Origin: Choristocarpus tenellus KU-1152
Taxonomy: Eukaryota; Protista; Phaeophyceae
Assembly (NCBI GenBank): GCA_964200185.2
Contig: CAXNAD020000067.1
Location: 1 to 33,116, forward strand
DNA: 33,116 bases
Direction: 5' to 3'
Shown here: positions 25,601 to 33,116 of the stretch, piece after piece
Position numbering within the stretch: position 1 is the first letter of the stretch
How the letters are laid out: each line of letters opens with the position of its first letter
The notes under the pieces: model-generated
What the model was told of the DNA's origin: nothing
The model's input: the letters and a program-made list of their open reading frames with translations, nothing else
Databases searched by the model: none
Made by a program: the position numbers and the translations under genes

Positions 25601-28600
25601 ACCAACAGTAGTGGGGTAACTGTCTAATGATTCTTGTTTTTACTGCCACTATCCCCCCCAATAGACAAAGAGAAGGGTTCTCTATGTTCTTATTTTTTAG
25701 TATTGGTTAGTCGTAGGCATATTTTTGTTTTTTTACAGTTTGTTGGAAGCAGACCAGACCAGTGATGAAGAGTCAAGTGCCATTTCATTTTGGTACTAAG
25801 AAACAACCTTTATCAATTCACGCCTCTCCTATTGATAGCACTTAGACTTTGAGTACTTTTAGTACTTTGAGTCTACCATTTGGAGGGAGAAAAGAAGAAG
25901 TCTATACCTTGACTGGGTGTTCTCAAGTGTGAGGTGTATTAAACAGGGGACTTGTGTTCAAAGAGGTATACTTGATGCGATGCGCTTCTGTCCTTAGTAT
26001 ACTTGATGCAATGTGCTTCTGTCCTTACTATACTTGATGCAATGTGCTTCTGTCCTTACTATACTTGATGCAATGCGCTTCTGTCCTTAGTATACTTGAT
26101 GCAATGTGCTTCTGTCCTTAGTATACTTGATGCGATGTGCTTCTGTCCTTAGTCCTTTGTCTTCCTACTGATCATTCCTGTCTTTGCAGGCTGCCCAGGA
26201 GGAGCCTCCTCCAGCAGAGTTGATCCACCCTAGCCAAATGCTCCGACTGCAGCTCTGGGACCCTCTGCCCTCACAGGTAACTTAGTGCATCTGTGAAGTT
26301 CTAGGAATTAATTGGTATCCCTGCCATGCATGGCTGCTCATGAATGTGCATGCACAAACAGCTGTAGTAGTTGCATATGCTTTGCTTTTTTTCAGGGCAC
26401 ATTCCATGCAATTCTTACAACATACTACTTTTTATCATGCCAATTTTATTGTTTTCCTATTGTTTATATTATTGATATTAACATCACAGAAAAGTTTTCA
26501 CTCTATCCCTTTCTCCATCCCTTGAAGGGAACACCAACCAGAGATGACTGTAGTGCCAACCAGTTGCAGTAGCTTGACAAGTGGTGATACGTTTTTCTTG
26601 TTATTTAAATTTGAAGGGTTAGGGTTAGGGTTAGGGTTAGGGTTAGGGTTAGGGTTAGGGTTAGCAGAGTTTGTACACATTTTATCCTCCCAACCTTCGT
26701 GAGGAATGAAACAAACATGTTCTTTCTGGTAATTTTTTTCCTTGTTGGCTGTTAGGGTTAGGGTTAGGGTTCCAAAAGTCACATTGTGCTTCTTTTTTGG
26801 CATTTTTGTTGTTATGGGTATCGTGTCCATGACCATCACCCACCTACCAGGGATGAAATTAAATAAGTTATTTGGTTTGCAGTTTTGTCCACAGTACACT
26901 TCAACTATCATACCTACATACTGTACATAAATACAAAAGTAATGCAAACATACTTGCAGTCATAGAGACATTTTTCAATGGAGATGGGGATAGGATTGGA
27001 GGTATCTATATGTATATCTTACTGTTGATATTGATTCTTGTATATATGTACTCAGGAGTAGTAGCCAAACATTATGGAGTATGAGTGGTAAGTTCTGTTC
27101 ACACAATTCCTCACCACTGCCACCTCCACAACTCCCAAGAAATCTCTTCGAATCGGCTCTTTATGCAAAAAAACGTTGCATTTGTGTTTTTTTGCAAGTG
27201 TTCATTGGGTGAATGGCTTCCTATTTCAGTTCGCATCTCTAATGAATTTGGTCTATGGAGGAGAGCAGACTTTGGACAGGGGAGTGGTGAGGGAAGAAGA
27301 AGTGATGGCAAAGGGAGTGGGACCAACCAGACAATGGAAGGAGAGTGCAAAAATATAACAGAAGCCAACGAGTTGGAGCAGGTCCAGGAGGAGACACATG
27401 AAAAAGGACCTGAAGCAGATGTGAAGCTGAATGTTAATGTGGAGGCAAGGATATTGCAAGGTATGTTACAATATGAGTTCTGTACTATTGACATTGATAG
27501 TTTGCTATGGATGCTTGCACTATTGTTATTACTATTGTTTAGGTGGGTGGAGGGGGATGGGGTAAGAGAGACTTAGGGTGACTAACCCTAACCCTAAGTA
27601 AGAGAGATTTGAGCACATGTATGGTCAGGTAGCTTTTTACATTTGCTGGGTGCACAAACAGGAGCGGTTATATATATTGGTTAGGGTTAGGGTTAGGGTT
27701 AGGTTTAGGGTTAGGTTTAGGGTTAGGTTTAGGGTTACCATTACAGAGCTGCTCTCAACCTTTTACCTCTCTCATCTTGTCCATCTGTATCAGACCACAA
27801 ATATTGATGTATTGTGACATGAATATTGTATCAAAAGTGCTGAAAAAGAAATATAGGGACATTGGTATCAGAAGAATCAATTTTATGTGACATCAACCTT
27901 GGACAATTGATTTTTCACAATTCTCCAGAGGCAGCCACCGTCAATGAATCCAACTTTGACTTAGGGTTAGGGTTAGGAATACAGTTCATGCCTAAGCTAC
28001 CCAACCTGACCCCACTAACCTAAGAATCAGCCCTGCTTAACCTGAGACCTCTCATGGTCCTTTCAAACTGTATCTTTTCCAGCCCGATCCTTTCAAACCT
28101 GAGAACCAACTAGGCTTGAACTGAGATCTGGTTTGGTCCTTTGAAAAATATGTTTTTACTGAGCCAGCCAATAGCCTAGCTCTGTTAAAGGTGCTAAAGA
28201 CCCTGGTCCAGCAAGATAGGGTTAGGGTTTAGTATGGGGCACAGTATGACCACTTCCAATAGTCTGTTGATGTTCTGTACAATGGGAATCGCGTTAGAGG
28301 TAGAAATCATAGTGTTAGGGATTTAGGGTTAGGGGTAACCCTTATCCTGGACACGATAGCATCATACCGCTATGCCCACCAACAGTTTTTTTTCCAGCAC
28401 ATAAATCAGGGATTGTTTTTGTTAAGTCAGGGATTGATATTGTTATGTCAGGGATTGTTATTGTTATGTCAGGGATTGTTATTGTTATGTCAGGGATTGT
28501 TATTGTTATGTCAGGGATTGTTATTGTTAAATCAGGGATTGTTATTGTTGGTGTGTGTCCTGGTTGTAGTAATCCATACATACATATCACTCATCTGATG

Positions 28601-31600
28601 TCTTGTGTTAATAGACCAAACCCTAACCCTAATCCATTACACGTAGCACATCACTGACAATGAAATCAGCAAGTCCAAAGGTGATACAAAGATGCCTCAA
28701 CCTGTTCAACTAGAAGTTTGGTAGTAGGAAAGAAGGATGGCTCTATCAACAACGCCCAAGACAACATCCAACTCCAACTCTACCTCCCCTGCCACCACCA
28801 CTATGCCTACAACAGAAAAATTAAAAGTTGTGAAGAACCAGGAAGCCTGCCAAGGAAGAGCGGACCTGTACTACAATCCCTCCCTGCTCAGAGTTGAGAC
28901 TGACCCTGAAAATGTCTCCATTGGAAGGGAGGGCAAGGCATCCTTCCTTGTTCGTTTCACCCTAACACAACAACAGCAGTGTGCTAGTAGTGGTCCTGGT
29001 GGCAATGACATGGTCTCCAGGGCAGCTGTGTTGGATGGTGGTAGCCACAGCGGTTGCAGTGTTGGGGAAGAAGTGACTGTGCAGATGAAGGAGTCTGGGG
29101 TTATTGGAATCCGACAGCTGGGATTCACAAGGCGTAGTGTATGTGATGGTGGACTAGGGGTTGATAGTGAGAGGGATGGCATTAATGTTCCAGAAGAGGA
29201 CAGTGACTGTGATGGTGATGGCGGCAAGGGTTTGGTAGTGGCGCAGGCGTTGCTGAGGTTGTTTATCGGGAAGGAGAATGCAAAGAATGTGTTGGGTAGA
29301 GAGGTGAGTTTTGATTATAGTTTGGGTGATGGTTTGGGAAGGGTGGGGGGGTGATGTTGAGGTGAGGTATGTTTTTATTTTTTTGTACAGGCTAGGATGT
29401 TCTTGTTGCAATAATAGACTCTGATGAGGCTTTGTATTTCACATTATGTCTATGTTAGTGCTATGGGGTATTGTTCTGATGCTATTGGGTGTACTATTTG
29501 TATATATACCTTCCAAGTCTTGGGGCATTATAGCTAAACACCTATATTTTGTGCTCTACTCTAGTATTATTGTATTGGTGACAATGATTATCTTTTGTGT
29601 TATTAATTATTTCTTTTTGGTGAGGATGAATGACATTAACTCCAAGGTTTAGGGTTAGGGTGAGGATTAGAATCAAAGCATGATTGCAATATTTGTATTT
29701 GAAGTGAAACATTGACCTCCACTTTGAAATTGCGCAATGGCATGTGGTGTGCATACACATTAGAGTGTGTCCAATCAAATCAAACTGTTCCATGCTGATC
29801 CGAGCTTTGGTTGAATCATAGCGATCGTTTTATTGCTGAAATTCCCACAATATATTTTTGTGTTTTTTGGTTGAATTTTTGTGGAATGAGACTCTTTTTG
29901 AAAATCATTGTATGCTTGTGAGCACAGAGGAAATTAATACATCCCAACCCTAATTAATACATCCTACCTTATCCCTAACCCCAATTTTCATAACATGTAC
30001 TTTTTTTTCTTTTCTCATTTCTGAAATAAAGAAATTAATTTTGTTATTCTGTTATCTGTGTTGTGAAATAACAATACAAATATGTTTCTCCTTTCTGTGA
30101 GGCCTTTAATGGACTGTTGATACTACAACATAAACACATACAGCAAAGACAGTCCTACAGACCGTTCTATTCAATTTCATGACAGGAAACAGTTGGTGCA
30201 ACTGTAGTGATTGACTGTTTATAACACTATGGAGGCGTTCTACAAGCAAGGGAAGAGTCCCAGGAGTCGATACCATACTATTCACCCTGCACGGTCTCTG
30301 ATTCCATCAGTAGAGGTAGTGTAATTGAAGGAATGGATAGTGTAACCGCCCTACCTGCTGTCCTAACCCTAACCCTAAGTATTATTAACACAACCTCTCA
30401 AATCATGCTTGAGGAAAGACTATTCCCAGCAAATTCAAAAGTCAGATTTCTTTGTTTTTAGGGCTAGGGTTAGGTATAATATGTGGAATGGAAAATGGTT
30501 AGGGTTAGGGTTAGGGTTAGGTTTGCTATGTACCTTCTCTCCAGAAACAGCAATATTTGGTGTTGTACATGAGACTCATGCAACGATAAGGTGACTGCGA
30601 AAACATGGATAATACTCTGCTCACAAGAAAAGTTATCCTTGTTCAATTTAGCCCTTGCTATATTCATTCCACTGAATTATAATACAAGAGGCTAAATTTA
30701 GCAATCCTGGATTTGCATTGTTTGCGTGTCCAACTCTGTAGAATTGATATTGATATTGATATTGATAACAACTATGCTACGTTACTTCTGTTCCTACACT
30801 AACAAATGGTGTCACTGGTACAGGTGAGTACTACAGTATTGTAGCCCTAACCCTAACCATAAGGCAGGTGAGTAGGACGGAAAAACATGCTGTACTGTAG
30901 GGGCTTAATTACTACTATTTTTATTTTATTCTCTGCTACTTGGAAATATTATGCTTCATACAATTCTAAAATGCTCAGTATTTTTTTTGTATATTTTTCC
31001 CTTGTCCATGCATCTATTGGGTTATGAGTCAGGTGGTGCCCGTCCTGTCTCTTCCCATCTCCATCCTAGCTGGCTCTTGTTCTTCTTCCAAGTGCCCAGG
31101 GTTAGGGTTAGGGTTAGGGTTAGGGTTAGACTCCAAGTCTGCTGATGGAATGGTCATTAACCCCTCCTTGCAGCTGTCACTGAATGAGGATATAGCTAAT
31201 GGCATTCACTGCTGCCGGGAGATCTTTCTCAAGCCCCTAGACATGCACATTCTTATTGCAGAGTCCCCTGGGCAACTTGGTGAGAACAGAGGACATAGGA
31301 TGGACTATGCAAGATATCTAACCCTAACCCTAACTCCAAACGATGTGAAAATGCATGTTTAAAATCTCACTATTTGATTCTCCCCCTTGAGACACAGTCT
31401 AATCCTAACCCTTGATACACAGTCTTGGCAGGAAAAAGAAAATGCAATGATTGTTGAATGATACAATTTGATTTGAATTATTCCAAATCAAAAGGGTTAG
31501 TCTACAATGGATTATAATTGATTCAGACTTATGGTTGGTCAGTTGAGTTTGAATTTCCAAAGACTAACAGAAGATTCTTTAAGCACTGTGGTTAGCTTGA

Positions 31601-33116
31601 GGAAATTGTGATATGATGGACAAATGAGAAGGGCAACTACTCGGTTATTATTATCTTTTATTATTATCTTTTATTATTATCTTTCTGATTTGGCAAAATG
31701 TCCATTTTGTTTTAATTAAGCTATTTTCCTGTGAAGACTTTGTTTTACAATTTTATTTGTGTGATAATAATACCTCCTTAGGGTTAGGGTTAGCATAGAA
31801 ATTATGAGAAAATGTTTATGACCCATAGCCTACATTCAAAGAGTCACGCCATGCCAAGGTGTTACTGAAAGATAAGAAAGAAAAGTATACACTTGAACAA
31901 GACTAAGGATTCTACTGAAAAAAATAATATAGTGCGATACAATTGCCAGCATCTGTCAATCAAGTAATTTTTTTATCTTATCAAGTCTCCTAACCCTAAC
32001 CCTAACCCAAGTATTGTACCCCTGCTTTTATTTCAAGTAATCATGATTAAAAACAGTTGGAGTATTATCTTCTTATTTTTATCTTTTGTGTTTCCAAGAG
32101 GAACCATTCTCATACCTCATTTGCAACAGTTCCCCCATGATGTAGAAAGAGCTAAAAAATCTAATCAAATGAATGAACTGGAAAATATATTTTATTGCAG
32201 GACATAAGTTCTTCCAGTTCAGTTGGTGGTCTTAGGGTTAGGGTTAGGGTTAGGGTTAGTTGGTGGTCTTAGGTATGAACCCGCAGTACCTGCTACACAT
32301 CCTCACTACAACCCATATCACCACAGCGACACTCAATGTGCCAGTTGTTTGTCAGCTCTTAACTCCCTCATTGACCCAGAATTTTTTTCAAGGGTAGTTA
32401 CACATTATCTTTGGAACCCTAACCCTAACCCTAACCCTTTTCTGACTGATTTAGAGCCGTTCTAATTGCTGTGATAATTTGGTGGATGTGTATTGTATCA
32501 ACTATCTCCAGGAGTTTTATGATATATATGTAAGTCAGTTTATTGACAGTAGATTGTGTTGTGTGGACTGTACTCACCTCTTCATTGTACTCACCTCTTC
32601 ATTGTACTCACATCTTCGTTGTACTCACATCTTCATCGTACCTTTTTTTCCCCCAGTGCTGCAGAGTATACTGTGTTTGGACTTAATATATCAGAATAAC
32701 CCTAACTCTAATTCTAATCTCTGTACCTTTATTGTGTCTCAATACACACAATATCTTTGCCATACCTTTATTGATTGTGTTGCAAACTATAGTACAAGTG
32801 TGATTTTCTATTTGAGTCAGCCTACTAAGTATATAATTTATATAATTGTTCCCTAACCCTAAGAGTCATCCACAAGCCTTTATTCTCAAGCCAAAGTCTA
32901 TGTCATACCACCAGTCCTAACCCTCAACCTGTGCAATAACTCATAATGTATCACAACGTACAAAACTTGATAGTGTTAGAGCGGCATCCTCCATCCCTAA
33001 CCCTGACTTACTCTTTATATTGGTACACATAAGTTGATAAATTTTACTATACACATGATAGGTATTGGTGGGAAGGTATGGGATGCAGCATTTGTACTCT
33101 TTGACTACCTCTTGGG
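22503..33116 (+). CDS. Multi-exon gene (3'-partial): N-terminal TPR repeats fused to a METTL21/VCPKMT/EEF2KMT-like (Methyltransf_16) SAM-dependent protein-lysine methyltransferase
   Basis: Exons 22503-22675, 23399-23432, 25263-25514, 26190-26276, 27199-27460, 28816-29303, 31033-31279, 33062->33116; GT-AG, phases consistent. TPR text: NERGNDHYRLGRFEEACVQYTQAL...YYANR|ALAHIQLRRFD|EASTDCSLSLQEFPANLKALIRRARCWEALGRWGSAVEDYRKAL. The last junction gives ILIAESPGQL|GIGGKVWDAAFVLFDYL, the G-x-x-VWDAA-x-x-L start of family-16 methyltransferases. The 28816 acceptor is the least certain. Confidence 0.85.
25263..25514 (+). CDS. Exon 3 of TPR-methyltransferase gene (TPR 2-3)
   Basis: KALIRRARCWEALGRWGSAVEDYRKAL matches the TPR consensus; CAG| acceptor and AAG|GTGCAA donor; 84 codons. 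Confidence 0.85.
25967..26152 (+). repeat. Minisatellite, 31 bp x 6 (TATACTTGATGCRATGYGCTTCTGTCCTTAS)
   Basis: Six contiguous units read directly; only three variable positions. Confidence 0.97.
26615..26664 (+). repeat. Interstitial telomeric tract (TTAGGG)~8, the longest perfect tract in the window
   Basis: Read directly; intron 4 of the TPR-methyltransferase gene. Confidence 0.97.
26751..26771 (+). repeat. Interstitial telomeric tract (TTAGGG)3+
   Basis: Read directly. Confidence 0.9.
27679..27737 (+). repeat. Interstitial telomeric tract with alternating TTAGGG/TTAGGT variant units
   Basis: Read directly. Confidence 0.95.
28406..28549 (+). repeat. Minisatellite, 21 bp x ~7 (TCAGGGATTGTTATTGTTATG)
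   Basis: Read directly; intronic; explains three spurious repetitive ORFs. Confidence 0.95.
30497..30521 (+). repeat. Interstitial telomeric tract (GGTTAG)4
   Basis: Read directly. Confidence 0.9.
31033..31279 (+). CDS. Exon 7 of TPR-methyltransferase gene, containing an in-frame (GGGTTA)5
   Basis: Acceptor TCAG|GTG at 31032, donor TTG|GTGAGA at 31279. VVPVLSLPISILAGSCSSSKCP-GLGLGLGLGL-DSKSADG...GIHCCREIFLKPLDMHILIAESPGQL; the phase fits both neighbouring exons. Confidence 0.8.
31099..31128 (+). repeat. Exonic telomeric tract (GGGTTA)5 encoding (Gly-Leu)5
   Basis: Read directly; in frame with the predicted exon 31033-31279. Confidence 0.93.
31645..31683 (+). repeat. 13 bp x 3 tandem repeat (TTATTATTATCTT)
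   Basis: Read directly. Confidence 0.9.
31989..32008 (-). repeat. Interstitial telomeric tract (CCTAAC)3+
   Basis: Read directly. Confidence 0.9.
32232..32259 (+). repeat. Interstitial telomeric tract (TTAGGG)4+ between 16-bp duplications
   Basis: Read directly. Confidence 0.95.
32415..32438 (-). repeat. Interstitial telomeric tract (AACCCT)4
   Basis: Read directly. Confidence 0.93.
32569..32636 (+). repeat. 17 bp x 4 tandem repeat (TGTACTCACMTCTTCRT)
   Basis: Read directly. Confidence 0.9.
33062..33116 (+). CDS. Exon 8 (truncated by window end): start of the Methyltransf_16 domain
   Basis: ATAG|GT ATT GGT GGG AAG GTA TGG GAT GCA GCA TTT GTA CTC TTT GAC TAC CTC = (G)IGGKVWDAAFVLFDYLL. 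Confidence 0.85.

Noticed and set aside
25967-26152. CRISPR-like array of 31-bp repeats
   Set aside because: Units are contiguous with no spacers; eukaryotic intron; no cas genes.
26615-26664. True chromosome end or ancient chromosome fusion
   Set aside because: Tracts are only tens of bp, in both orientations, and inside introns of continuous genes.
26498-27817. Short ORFs with NPNPNP, RVRVRV or LTLTLT runs
   Set aside because: Translations of intronic telomeric tracts with no splice or domain support, unlike the 31099 case.
28342-28657. ORFs with TITIPDI / CQGLLLL / MSGIVIV repeats
   Set aside because: By-products of a 21-bp intronic minisatellite that is open in several frames.
28737-29354. 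205-aa ORF as a standalone gene
   Set aside because: Better explained as exon 6 (28816-29303) with acceptor CAG| and a strong GAG|GTGAGT donor, in phase with its neighbours.

Overview
Intron-rich eukaryotic nuclear DNA read in the standard genetic code. The gene content and TTAGGG repeats suggest a stramenopile such as an early-diverging brown alga, but that is inference only. The window has three parts. (1) About 1-9.5 kb is decayed, stop-interrupted coding relics; most of this zone lies between two copies of a diverged ~245-bp direct repeat. (2) An 11-exon minus-strand gene (21849->10170, ~791 aa) encodes a basic coiled-coil protein with a WANPEY motif and 3-4 C-terminal AT-hooks. (3) A divergently transcribed plus-strand gene (22503->beyond window end, at least 8 exons) encodes a TPR protein fused to a METTL21/Methyltransf_16-type lysine methyltransferase. 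The standout signal is roughly 40 short telomeric (TTAGGG/CCCTAA)n tracts, in both orientations, through the introns of both genes. Several sit exactly between 9-16 bp target-site-like duplications. One is a head-to-head G-strand/C-strand fusion inside a 10-bp duplication. One lies in frame in a coding exon (GLGLGLGLGL). This pattern suggests very frequent telomerase-type filling of staggered DNA breaks that acts as an insertional mutagen. All gene models were spliced by hand from GT-AG signals and frame continuity and need RNA-seq confirmation.
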